56,755 bases of DNA from Prorocentrum cordatum. Lineage: Eukaryota. The stretch lies in the NCBI GenBank assembly GCA_963575745.1, contig CAUYUJ010000069.1, positions 62,001-118,755 on the forward strand. Reading direction: 5' to 3'. Numbering within the stretch: the first letter of the stretch is position 1; each line of letters starts with the position of its first letter. The notes beneath the pieces were generated by a model. It was not told the DNA's origin. It did not search any database and saw only the letters and a list, made by a program, of their open reading frames with translations. Shown here one piece after another: positions 1 through 11,851 of this stretch. Both the position numbers and the translations under genes were made by a program.

Positions 1-1751
1 TTATCGGCAGAGTGAGATCCATTGAGGGAGATCGAACGTGAGATCGATCGTGAGATTGGCAGTGAGGTCGATTCAGTAAGGGCGATTGGGAGATCGACAG
101 TGAACTCGATAGCGACATCGATAGTGAGATCGATAGCGAGATCGATTGATCGAGATTGATCGTGAGATCTATTGTTAGATTGATCGTGTGTTCGATGAAG
201 AGGTCGATGGTGCGATCGATTGATTGACATGGTTAAAAAGATCGATCGTGAGAGCATAGGGGAAATCCGTATTGATGTCGACAGTGAAATCGATTGAGTG
301 ACATGGATAGTGGGATCGATAGTGATATCGACCGTGAGATCGATTATGATTTCGGTGGTGACACCGATAGTGATATCGATCGTGAGACCGGTGGTGCGAT
401 CGACAGTACGATCGCGACAGATAGAGAGATCGATAGTGACATCGATAATGACATCGATTGTGAGATCGACTGTGCGATCGATTGGGAGATCCATTGTGAT
501 ATCGATAGTGAGATCGATCGTGAGATCGATAGTGAGATCGGTAGTAAAATCGATTGTGAGATCGATCAGGAGATCACTCGTGATATCGAAATGGAGATCG
601 ATTGAGTGGCACAGATAGTAAGATCGACAGTGAACTTGATAGTGATCGATCGAGTGTGATGGAGGATGAGATCGATTAGTGAGATCGATAATGAGATCGA
701 CCGAGAATTCAGGTCCCCGTCAACCAGAAACTCGAACCGTGAGAATCCCGCCGCCCACCTAAATCGGTCCAGAACCAGCATTTGGAAACCAGGGAACCCG
801 GAACCCGGTACCACGGGACCCCGCCCAAAACCGGAAACCCACCCACCCGGAAACCAGATATTTGCTACATTGCCGTAACATGCCATGTTCATTAGCTTGA
901 TTGCCCCATAGTCGCATGCACATATGATATGTATTTGGAAGTATGCACGCACAGATGTGCCTATGGATCTTCTACGTGTAAATATATGAATGTAGTTATG
1001 CATCCCGCAATCGGTCCGTGGTGTCCCGTGGTTGGATCGTGAGATCGATAGTTGGAGCAATAGTGAGATTTGAAAGTGGTATCAGTAGTAAAAGAATGTA
1101 ATAGTGTGATTGATAGCGATAGTGAGATCGATAGTGAGTTGGATCGCGGGAAGGATCATGCGATTGATTGTGAGATCGATCGTGTCATCGATAATGAGGG
1201 CGATAGTAAGGTCGATAGTCAGACCGATCGTGAAGTCGATTGAGTAAAATCGATAGTGAGATTGATCGTGCGATCTATAGGGATATCGGTTATGAGATCG
1301 ACAGTAAGACCGATAGTGCGATCAAACGTGGGATCGATCGATGGAGAGGTCGATACTGAAGCCAGTAGTGAGATCGACATCGAGTCCGATAGCGAGGCCG
1401 ATTGAGTGAGATCCGTAGTGCGATCAATGATGACAAAGATAGTGAGAACGATTGGAATATTGATCATGTAATCGATGGTGATATTGATTGAGCGAGATGG
1501 TTTGTGAGATCGATCATGAGATCGATCATCAGTTCGATCGTTGCATCAATGGAGCGATCGATTGGGAGATCGACCAGAACTCGGAAACCTGGGAACCCCG
1601 CTGCCCACCGAAATCGGTCAGAACCAGCAACAGGGAACCGTGGAAACCCAGAACGGGGAACCCGGGAACCCGGCCGCCCACCGAAATCGGCCTCTCATTT
1701 TCGCAAAATCTTTCAAACTCCGCTATAGGACCCCTTCAGCTGGTTGGGGAA
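1..1751 (-). mobile_element. Related element carrying a 12-bp GATC-rich satellite (atcgatagtgag)n at 1-710 and 1035-1570
   Basis: Terminus caccgaaatcggcc.ctca...ccgcta(ta)ggacccct.cag...ttggggaa matches the reverse complement of 36842-36920. Confidence 0.6.
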
Positions 1752-2948
1752 TTTCCCAGCTGCCCTGGGACAGGCGCCCCCGATGACGGAACAGTTCATT
1801 TCATACCGTTCTTCGCTCGCGAAGAGGTGGATTATCGGGGGCGGCAAGGAGGGGGTGATGACTAGGGCGGTGTGGATATCATTGCGAGGGCCACGGTATC
1901 TCTGCAGATTTCATGGCGCCTCTTCTTATTTCGATACGTCCCCAGTCCCCCCCGCCAGCCGGCCATGATTTGCGCCCCCCTTCTTGGGCGCCTCCCTCTT
2001 GCACGCCCCCGAGATGCGGGGCCCCCGCCTCGAAGCCGCGCGGCGCCCACCCCTCTCGGCCACCGCCCTCATGTGGGGGCGGCGCGGGGGGCCGGCGCCC
2101 CCTCCGGGGCCCTCGCAGGTTCGTCCAGGCGGAGGAGGAGCGGGACCCGTTCGCCGTCGCGCTGGGCTTCAAGAAGAACGGGGCCCCCCCCCCCAGCGAC
2201 CCGCCCGCGGGCGGCCCGCCCGCGGGCGGCGCCCCCGCGGGCGGCGCCCCGCGGGCGGCGCCCCCGCGGGCGCGTCGGGGGGGACGGCCCGCCAGCGCCC
2301 CCTGCCGCGGGGGGGCCACCCGGGGGCGCCCCGCCAGCGCCCCCTGCCGCGGGGGGCCGCCCGGGGGCGCGCCGCCGCCGCCCCCGGCCGCGGGGGGCGG
2401 GCCGCCCGCGGGCGGGCCGCCCGGTGCAGCACCGGGCGTCGCCTCCGAGGCCGCCACGGGTCAGAGATAAACCAAAAACACATCAACATAAACCTTTGGC
2501 GCTCTGCGCGGAGTTCTGGGATCCGCGCCGGGGTCCCCCCAGCGGCGCCTGCGGCGCCGCCCCTGGCGCACTCCGCGCACCAGGGAGGGGGCTCCAGCGC
2601 AGATCCAAGAAGTTCGCGCGGAGCGCCGAAAGCTTATTTGATGCCGTTTGTTCCTCGCTCAATGGAAGAATCGGGGAAACGTAAGACCCGAGTAAAGTCG
2701 GCATGTTCGCGTCGTGTCGACAGACGGCGATCCCGCCGCCGGCGTTCTACGTTTAGCGCCGCCAGCGACCCAGGGTCGGTCGATTTCGTTCAAGGTTGAA
2801 CGATCCCCACGGTGTCAGGCAACGCCGGGGTCGACACGACACGAACTTGCCGTAAGATTCGAGTACGCCAGAACTCGGGTTTGCCGACGTTTTTTGACGA
2901 GTGCGTCCCAGATTTTGACGGTGCAGCCTTCGTGATGAGTCGGAACGA

Positions 2949-3149
2949 TCGAGATGGGTACGGGAAGAATGGGTACGATGTTCAAGAGCAGTTCTTGTTA
3001 TTTTTGAGCAGGGCTCGCTGTCCGCGCCGCTGCGGACGTTGTTCGCTGAATACAGAAAACCGCCTGCCCAACAGCGGCCGCTGTCGGTTTTGGACACGAT
3101 TTGTTGTTGGCCGTTGTACCGATTTTCCCGTACCCACTACGGGCGTCCA
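2949..3149. mobile_element. MITE
   Basis: Inverted gggtacgggaa.aat.ggtac / gtaccgattttcccgtaccc; flanks aacga/aacgg. Confidence 0.6.
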
Positions 3150-3337
3150 AACGGGATTGACTCATCGAGGTCTTCCCAATCGTTGAGCACGATGCGACAG
3201 CGGCTGCTTGCGCGCCCAGATTTGGCCACATTGCGCCCCTTGCCCCCTTGTCTGGGTGGGGGGAGGGGGGCCGGCGACTGCAATCGGCGGCGATCTTCTC
3301 AGAAGGGGGAGAAGTCAGACGGGGCGGGCCGTCTCAG

Positions 3338-3499
3338 TCAGGAGGGAAAGAAACACACAGACACAATTAATCGTCGATCCCCAGGGAAATATGCGAAAAT
3401 ATGGGAAGTGGTGGGGAAGACAAAAAACCAGAAAATATTGAAAATATAGGGGATATTTTTATTTGTGTGTATTTATTTGTGTGTTTGTGGGCCCCTTCA
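3338..3499. mobile_element. MITE family F (162 bp), 5-bp TSD
   Basis: tcaggaggg...acacacagacacaat...gccccttca; TSD ctcag/ctcag; nested in family H (3284-3657). Confidence 0.85.
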
Positions 3500-3861
3500 C
3501 TCAGAAGACTCAGAAGGCCTCGGGCCGTCCGAGAGGTTCTCTAAGCCATCCCCCGACGGCACGGAAAACTTCTCAGAAGGCCGGATGGCTTCCCAGAAGT
3601 CCCGCCGCTTTCTCAGAAGGCCTGTCCTTCCTCATTCCCCCCCGAGCGCGCCGCCGATAGAAAGGGTGCGAATACGCGGGAGCGTCAGTGCGGTTTGCGA
3701 TCTGCGTCGTTGGGGCTTGGGGGGCACCACGATGCCCTCGTCGGGCATCCTCGCGGCGTGGCGGATAGTTTTGCTGAGGTCCTCGCCCGCCTCCCAGGCT
3801 GCGCGCTGCAAATCACACACTTTGTAAATCACTTGGCATCGTTTGGACGTGTGCAATTTTT

Positions 3862-4896
3862 CCCAACCATCCTGTGGTGTTGGGTCTTCGCTTGTAAGAG
3901 ACAGCGCCCCATGTTCATCCTTCCCCCTTCCTTCCTTCCTCCTTCCTTCCTCCTCCAATCCCTTGCACCCCTCACACGTTTCGTGGCCCAATAGGGAGCC
4001 CCACCGAAGGCCCAAGTGCTACCGCCCGCATGCGTCCCCCCCACCCAGTACAGCGTTTCGTGGCCCCACAGGGAGCTCCACTGACGACCCCAGTGCTACC
4101 GCCCGCATGCGTCCCCCCAACCAGTACGGCGTTTCGTGGCCCCATCGGAAGCTCCACCGTCGGCCTTAGTGCTACCGCCAGCATGCGCCCCCCTCCACCC
4201 AGTACAGCGTTTTGTTGCCCCATAGGGAGGTCCACCGAAGGTCCCGATGCTATCCGCCCGCATGTCTTTCCCCCACCCAGTACTGCGTCTCTTGGCCCCG
4301 CAGGGAGATCCACCAAATTCCTCAGCGGGACTGTCCGCATGCGTCCCCTCCACCATGCACCGCGTGTCGTGGCCCCGTAGGACGCTGCACCGAGGCCCCA
4401 CTCGAACCGTCCGCGTGCGTCCTCCCCACCGATTGCGGCGCGCCGTGGCCCCATAGGGACCTCCACCGAAGGCGGCAATGGCATTTTCCACGTGCGCCTC
4501 CCCCACCCAGTACAGCGTTTCGTGGCCGCATATGGAATTTCCACCGAAGGCCCCAGAGGCAAAGTCCACAAGCGTTTCCCCTCACCCAGTACAACGTTTC
4601 GTGGCCCACAGGGATCTCCACCGAAGGGCCCAGCGGAACCGTCGGCATGCGTCTCTCAGCGCTTCGTTGCCCCAAAGGTGGCTCCACCACAGGCCCCAGT
4701 GGCTAAGTTCGCCACCACCCAGTGCAGCGTTTCGTGGCCCACAGGGAGCTCCACCGAAGGCCCCAGTGGCAAAGCTCGCATGCGTTCCCCCCCCACCCAG
4801 GACAACGTTTCGTGGTCCAGAGGGAGCTCCACCGAAGACAATACCCACAACTGTGCGACTTACAACTGCATGATGCTGGGTGTTTCCCCAGGCAAG
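3862..4896 (+). mobile_element. Same Helitron2-like family, about 77-bp diverged units
   Basis: Same cccaaccatcctgtggtgttgggtc terminus; inserted in a T-run of MITE U. Confidence 0.7.
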
Positions 4897-4983
4897 TTCG
4901 GCGAGGACCATCGAGGAGCATCCTGGCCCATCAAACAAAACATGATCGACTCACGAGACCGGAAAGGAATAAGAACATGTGAG

Positions 4984-5361
4984 TCAGGGAGCCAGAGACG
5001 GGGTTAACAGCAGACGGGGTATCAGGAAAGGGCCGGTTCGAGGCATCAAATGGCCTTTTTGTTGCAGTGCAGCTTTTTTTGCTTTCGCGTTCGATGCAGC
5101 ACCTTCCACATGCTGGCTGCGTTGCACATTTTCGACTGCTGCACTGCAACTTGTTGTTTTGGGCCCTCTGTTACCCGGTCTGTGGGGCTTTTTTGTTTTT
5201 GTTGTTTGTCCGAAATTAGTTGCCAACAAATTGCAGTGCTTTTTTTTGCGTTGCAGAAAAATGCTGTGCACTTTTCCGTTCTGGTCGTTGCAGTTTTTCC
5301 ACCTGGATCCCATGGTGGGTCTGTTACCCCGTTTAGGCGTTACCCGTTTAGTGCTCCCTGA
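4984..5361. mobile_element. MITE family W, 5-bp TSD
   Basis: TIR tcagggagc / gctccctga; TSD gtgag/gtgag. Confidence 0.85.
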
Positions 5362-5743
5362 GTGAGGCATGGCAACGTTGTCAAGACGCTTGATTGGGCG
5401 ACGGGCAATTGCAACGCTGAGTGTATCGATCTTGCTGTAACGTGCCAAGGGTTTGCCGTACTGCGCCGCGCTGAATTGCAATGTGCCATGCTGCGATTGT
5501 GCTCTATTTGGATCGAGTCCTCTTTTGCCTCCGAGTGGATCTTAAGCTCGAGCTGCCTGGGCATGTAGTAGCTGCCCCAGAGGTAGTTGAAGTGGAAACG
5601 TGCAGGACGTTCAATCAACTCGACCTCAAAATCTTCCTCAGCTCGGAACAAGAGAGGGCACGGGGCACAGGCTTGAGGATGCGCCACAGGATGCACCATG
5701 GGGCGCAATAAGGGATGCGCCAGGGGGCGTGTCAGGGGACGTA

Positions 5744-5908
5744 CACCTCAGGCGATGCTTAAGAAAACCTAAGCTTTCGTCCAGAGTCTCGATTATTCTT
5801 GACGTTTCCATGTAAACCCTAAGATCTGAATAGAAATCCTGGGTTTTTATTCAAGTTCTGAGACTATGAATTTCTTAACCCATGATTTCTTAAGCATTTC
5901 GCAGGGTG
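5744..5908. mobile_element. TA-TSD MITE (Tc1/mariner-like), 165 bp
   Basis: TA|cacc...atgcttaagaaa ... tttcttaagcat...ggtg|TA. Confidence 0.85.
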
Positions 5909-6583
5909 TATGCGTGCAGTCGGCAGCTGGTCGCCCCGGGGCACGCTCCCCCTCGATGCTCGCGCGGGATGCGCGCCGCAAGAGGCCCGGTGGTTGTATG
6001 TCGAGCGTGTCTACACCGGGCCGCTGTTGGGAGGTGGTTGGGTTCGGGAGGCGGGGGTGGCTGCGTGTGCTGGGTTGGAGCAGGCGGCGGCGACACGAGG
6101 GTTCTGGAGGGAGCACGAAGGAGTCGTGGCGCTTGGCCGAGCAGCCCTATCTTTTTTATAGAGTAGTTATAGCCTGTTGTGCTCTTCGTTGGTAGTCGCG
6201 AGCAGTGCTTGCTTTCCCAAATCGCAAGTTGTGCGGGTCCTGTGGCGCATGGGCTCGTCTACGTTTGGACTGCAGCGCGCCGGGAGCTGCTTGTTGCGGT
6301 GGCGTGGACTCCGTTGTGCTCTGTGGCGGGTGCCTCGCGGCCTCGCGCGTACTCTGGTGGTGGCTGGTGGTTGGGATGGCGGTGGCGACTGGCTCCTCTA
6401 CGCGCCGCTCCTTTGAGCAGCTCCTTGTGTGGTGCATCCTCGGCCCGCGCTCCGGGGATCAGTCGCCGGCCCTGTGGTGGTGGCGGCGGGTGGCGGGGCC
6501 GGCGCCGGCGCCTCACCGCGCCCCGCTTCTGTGAGCAGCTCCCTGCGCGAGGGCATCCGTCGTTGTTTGCACGGCCCCTTGGC

Positions 6584-7010
6584 TCATGATGTTCCAACCT
6601 ATCAGAGCCCCGAATCATCAGGGGTAACTCGGGTCAGGGATAACTCGGGTTCGTTTTTTCGGGATTCCGAACCCGAGTTACCCCGGACCCGAGTTACCCC
6701 GGATAATTCGGGCGTCCAGAGCCCCAAATCATCAGGGCTAACTCGGGTCAGGGCTAACTCGGGTTCCTTTTTCGGGAAGCCAAACCCGAGTAACCCCGGA
6801 CCCGAGTTACCCCGGATAAGTCGGGCGCCCAAACCCATTGTAGCCTTGATCACCAGAAAGAATTTCGAGCGCCAGAAAAGTACCCAAAAACTCTGGGGGG
6901 TTCACGTGTCGGGCCCTGGGAGACACTCGTCCGACACTGTTTCCACACTTTCCCGGATGCTCGAAATTATTTCTGGGATGTGGTCCTTAAGTACGATGGG
7001 GGCAACATGA
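6584..7010. mobile_element. Element family K, 8-bp TSD
   Basis: tcatgatgttcc...gcaacatga; TSD cccttggc/cccttggc. Confidence 0.85.
6602..6832. mobile_element. MITE family C, head-to-tail dimer of a palindromic unit of about 115 bp
   Basis: ggggtaactcgggtc...gacccgagttacccc; TSD accta/accca; inserted in family K. Confidence 0.85.
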
Positions 7011-7289
7011 CCCTTGGCCGCGCGCTGCTGAGACGCAGGTATTGGGACTGTGCGGTGCCCTGAGGCGCAAGCAAAAAAGCAACAACAAAACCGAAAAAGG
7101 GGCGTTGCAGGGGGCCGCGCCATGGAACGGGCGGGGGCAACGCCTGGTGACGAGCCGAGTGGCGTGCTAGGGGACGCGCCAGGGCACGTCACGCCAGAGC
7201 GTCGCAGGGGACGCGCCAGGGGACGCGCCAGCGCGCCAGGGAACGCCCCACGGACGGGCGGGGTTGGGCTGCGATGCACTCTGTTGCGA

Positions 7290-8240
7290 CAAGCGCGTCG
7301 CTCGAGACATCCTCAACAAGTCCTCATGTTAGACATCCGCCTGGGCGACCTGGACACTTGAAAGCAAGCGATTTGCTCGAGACGTTCGTGCTAGACATTT
7401 GCTTGGTCAACCTTGACGCGTGAAATCAAGTGTCTCGCTCGAGATATCCTGCACGAATCCTCATGCTAGACATCCGCCTGGGCGACCTGGACACGAGAAA
7501 ACAAGCGTTCCACTCACCTGGGCGACATGGGCACGTGAAAACAAGCGTTTCGCTCGAACAAGCGTTCCACTCACCTGGGCGACATGGGCACGTGAAAACA
7601 AGCGTTTCGCTCGAGACGTTCTCAGCACCTCCTTCTGTTAGACATCCGCCTGGGCGACCTGGACACGTGAAAGCAAGCGTCTCGCTCGAGATATCCTCAA
7701 CATTTCCTCATGCTGGACATCCGCTTGGGCGACCTGGACAAGTGAAAACAAGCGTTTCGCTGGAGACGTTCTCGACACTTCCTCATGCTAGACATCCGCC
7801 TGGGCGACCTGGACAAGTGAAAATCACGTGTCTCGCTCGCGACATCCTCAACAGATCCTCATGCTAGACATCTGCCTGGGCGACCTGGCCGCGTGAAAGC
7901 AAGAGTCTCGCTCGGGACGTCCTGCCCAAATCCTCATGTTAAACATCCGCCCGGGCAACCTGGACGCATGAAACCAAGCGTTTCGCTCGAGATATCCTCA
8001 AGACCTGGGCACGTGAAAACAACAATTTCACTTGAGAAATCCTCTGAATTCTAGTCTCCAGGAGACGAACAATACATACATATATATATATATATATACA
8101 CAAAACAAACGTTTCGCTCGAGAAATCCTCAACACATTCTGCAGAACAAGCGTTTCGCTCGAGACATCCACAACAGACGAACATGTTGACTTGACCGTGT
8201 GTTTTATCGATCGGAATTTCAGAAACCAGCGTTTCGGTCG
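7290..8240. repeat. Diverged tandem array, about 75-bp unit
   Basis: Recurring gctcgagac...tagacatccgcctgggcgacctggacacgtgaaaacaagcgtttc. Confidence 0.85.
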
Positions 8241-8327
8241 GGATATCCTTGACTGTTTAAGTTGCCGGCCCTACGCGACCTTGTCATTGCGAAGGCCTTA
8301 CGGCCGGTGCCGCCGACCCTGAAGGGG

Positions 8328-8366
<39 letters not shown>

Positions 8367-8769
8367 AACGACAACGACGTGGACGTGGGTCAGGGTCCTC
8401 AGGGATTCTGTTTTGTGTCTCTTCGGAGCGCGCCGGCCTCTGGGGGGTAGTTTTGGGGGCCCCTTGGGAGCATCTTGGAGGCCTCTTGAGAGCCTCTTGG
8501 AAGCCTCCTGGGGCTTCCCGGGGGCCTCTTGGGGGCCTCTTGGAGCCTCTTGGGGACCTCTTGGGTGCCTCTTGGGGCCTCCTGGGAGCCTCTCGGCGCG
8601 GAGAGCTCGAAATGTCCGTTTGGTTCCCCCTGTGTGGGCACCCTCTTGGGGTTCTGGAGGCCTCTTGGGCCGTCTTGCAGGCGCCTTGGGCCGTCCCTCC
8701 GCGACCTCGTCATTGGTCGCAGAAGACCTTCGCTGGCCCGGCCCAAGTGGAGGCCCAGCACATGGCTTA

Positions 8770-8931
8770 CAGTCAAAAACCCTAACAAGGACGCGCGACT
8801 TTGCTCAGGGTACCCTTGCGTCCTTTTGCTCTTCCTTGCTCTTGCGCCCTTGGGGTTCTCGTCGTCCGCCGCCCCAGAAGTCCCAGCTTCGGCTTCCAAG
8901 GGTCTTGCGTCCTTGTTAGGGTTTTTGACTG
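8770..8931. mobile_element. TA-TSD MITE (pogo/Tc1-like CAGTC ends)
   Basis: Perfect 25-bp TIR cagtcaaaaaccctaacaaggacgc with TA flanks. Confidence 0.9.
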
Positions 8932-9420
8932 TACCACGCTCAAAGACAGCCCTGCTTTGTTGTTGTTTCTGGCCACTGGGTGGCCGAGGCCCGGCGCCTC
9001 TGAACTGGTTCGGCCGCGCGCGCCCCCCCCCCCCCCCAAAAGAAAACTCAGGAGGGGGAAAAAAAACACACACAGACACAATGAATCGTCGACTCCCCAG
9101 GAAAACATAGGAAAATATTGGAAGTGGGGGGGAAAACAGAAACCCAGAAGATATGGGAAATCATGGGGAATCTTTTTTTTTGTGCGTCTTGACTTGTATG
9201 CCCTGGGGCCCCTCCATTTCTGGCCGAGGCCCGGCGCCTCTGGCCTGGTTCGGCCGCGCGCGCCCCCCCCCCCCAAAAAAAACCCTTTCCCCGGGAACGC
9301 AAAAACACGCGCGCGCCCCCTCCCCAAAAAAAACCTTTCCCCGGGAACGAAAGAACACGCGCGAGGGCGAAACTCGAGGGCGGAAAAGAGGGGGGGGATG
9401 ACAAGGGGGGGGGGGATATC

Positions 9421-9615
9421 TCGGGCCGGGCGAAAGGGGGGGATTGGGAAAGGGGGGGGGTACGAAATTTGCTGCATGCAGCTGTTTCGGCCTCACCGAG
9501 GGGCCCATTCCTCGATACATAGCCGCCTCCGGCGCCGGGAGGCGCCGGGAAAATCAGCTACGTGAGCTGATTCTCAAACCCCCCCTTTGCTATCCCCCCC
9601 TTTCGCCCGACCCGA
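9421..9615. mobile_element. MITE family E (195 bp), 5-bp TSD
   Basis: TIR tcgggccgggcgaaaggggggat / atcccccctttcgcccgacccga; TSD atatc/atatc. Confidence 0.9.
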
Positions 9616-9764
9616 ATATCATGGCGGGGGCCATGATATCCCCTCAGGTTTCATGGCGGCGCCTCTGCTTGTTTCATTACGTCCCTGGCCCCCCCCCCCC
9701 GCTGGGCCGCGCACATGCCGCCGGTCATGATTTGCATCCCCCCCCTCTTGGGCACCCCCCTCTT

Positions 9765-9926
9765 TCAGGAGGGGAAAAAACACACAAACACAAATAATCG
9801 TCGATACCTCGAAAATATGGGAAAATATGGGAAGTGGGGGGGGAAGACAAAGACCCAGAAAATATGGGAAAATATGGGAATCTTATTATTTGTGTGTATT
9901 TATTTGTGTGTCCTGGGGCCCCTTCA
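9765..9926. mobile_element. MITE family F, 5-bp TSD
   Basis: TSD ctctt/ctctt. Further copies at about 9048-9216, 24636-24798, 32418-32564 (gatta/aatta), 35796-35970 (inverted) and 46470-46770. Confidence 0.85.
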
Positions 9927-11731
9927 CTCTTGGCCGCTCCCGCTCCCGAACAAAAACCTTTTCCCGGGGACGAAAAAACACGCACGAGGCCGAGGCGTGC
10001 ACGGGGAGCGGACGCCCGAGCGATGGCGAGAACCACACCCTTCGCAGTCGCCGCAGGGGTCCTGAGGCTCGAGGTGCCGGGTTTTCGGGCGCCCTCGTCG
10101 GCTCGTTGCCAACAGATTGCAGTGCAGCGCTTTATTAATCGCTTCGCTCATGCCGCCGGCCCTGGAGCCCTCTTTAGGGCCTCTTGGGGGCCTCTTGGGG
10201 ACCTCTTGGGAGTCTCTTGGGGCTCCTTGGCGGCGTTTTGGAGGCCCCCAGGGCCTCTTGGGGGGCTCTTGGGGGTAGTCGATTGCGGCTCCCCCCTCGG
10301 AGGCCACGATCCTCGTGAGGGGTGTCGAAAAATACCCTCCCCTGGAGTGGTCTGGTGGCTTCTCCCGGGCTTCTCTCGGGACCTTGCCGGGGTACGTTTC
10401 GTCCGGGGGCCCCCAGGGGCCGCTCCGCGCGCGCGAATTAGAAATATTGTCAACAAGTTACCGGAGATCTTAGCACGCCTCTGGCCCGTTGGGCCGGCGA
10501 ATTTTTGGATTCCCAGATTCCAATCTACTTTGAGCGCCTTCCTACCTCAAGAGTCGAGTGGGTTTCCCTCTTCCCTCCTCTTCAGGAGGCGGGCGGAAAC
10601 CCAACCTATTTCCAACGCCTTCCTACTTCATGTTTCTACCTACTTCTTCCGACCGATGGCTAAGATGCTCCAACCTGCTTAAGCCTCGATCACCAGAAAG
10701 AATTCTGTGGTCACCTGAAACAAGTACCGAAACTCTGGGGTTTGTCACGTGTCGAGCCCTGGCAGACACTCGTCCGACACTGTTGCGACACTGTTGCGAC
10801 ACTTTTATGGGTGCTCGGAAGTCTTTCTGGGATGTGGTCCTTAAGCATGATGGGAGCAACATAATGGAGGATGACGGTTGATAAATGAGCGTGGGTCGTG
10901 TTCACGCGGCGGCGCCCGGGATAATGATTAGAAAAAGCCGGCCGCGGGCTGGAAAACTATGTTTTGAAAATCGTTCTCTTCCAGTCAGAAAACTGTGCAG
11001 AAATAGCAGAAAACTATGTTGGTAATCGTTCTCTCCCATTTTTTTCACTGATCGTCATCCCCCTTTGAGCTCAGGGTCCTCCTCCTTATTTTTGGCAATC
11101 GTTCTCTCCCATTTGTTTCACTGATCGTCATCCCGCATTGAGCTCAGGGTCCTCCTCCTCCTCCTCCCTTCTCCCTCCTCCCTCCTCCCTCCTCCCTCCC
11201 TCCTCCTCCTCCTTCTCCTCCTCCTCCTCCTTCTCCTCCTCCTCCTCCTCCTCCTCCTCCTCCTCCTCCCTCCTCCCTCCTCCCTCCTCCCTCCTCCTCC
11301 TCCTCCTCCTCCTCCTCCCCCTTCTCCCCTCCCGCCCTCCCCCCTCCTGCCGTTCTCCCTCAGAAGGGGGTCGGAGTGTCGCTTTGGGGTGCTCTGGGGT
11401 CTGCTCCGTCGGGGGTGGTCAGGGCCCCCACCCTGGCACGTCCATTGATGAATCGTCCGTGTTCGGTTCTCGAGGGGGCGCCACGGCCGTCATTTTCCAG
11501 GCTGGCGCCCGCCAGGTTTGGGCCCGAGGTCGCTTTCATTCAACCACGTTTTGCGAAGGGGGTTCTGTCCATCCCTGAGTCTGGGTTTCCTGGGGCGCCC
11601 TCGCGGTCGCGGCCAGATTCGCCTCGAGGTCTTCGGCAGGACCCCGCCCCAGGGCAGAGGGCCCGGGGGTCGAATCCGAGGCCGTCGTCGTGGAGCAGAG
11701 GGGTTCGAGGGGCGTCTTGAGAGCGCAAGGC

Positions 11732-11851
11732 TCAGAGCCCCGAATCATCAGGGGTAACTCGGGTCAGGACGAACTCGGGTTCGTTTTTCGGGATTCCGGG
11801 CCCGAGTCATCCCGGACCCGAGGTACCCCGGATACTTCCGGGCGCCCCAAA
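11732..11851. mobile_element. MITE family C monomer
   Basis: Same unit; flanked by aaggc on both sides. Confidence 0.8.
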
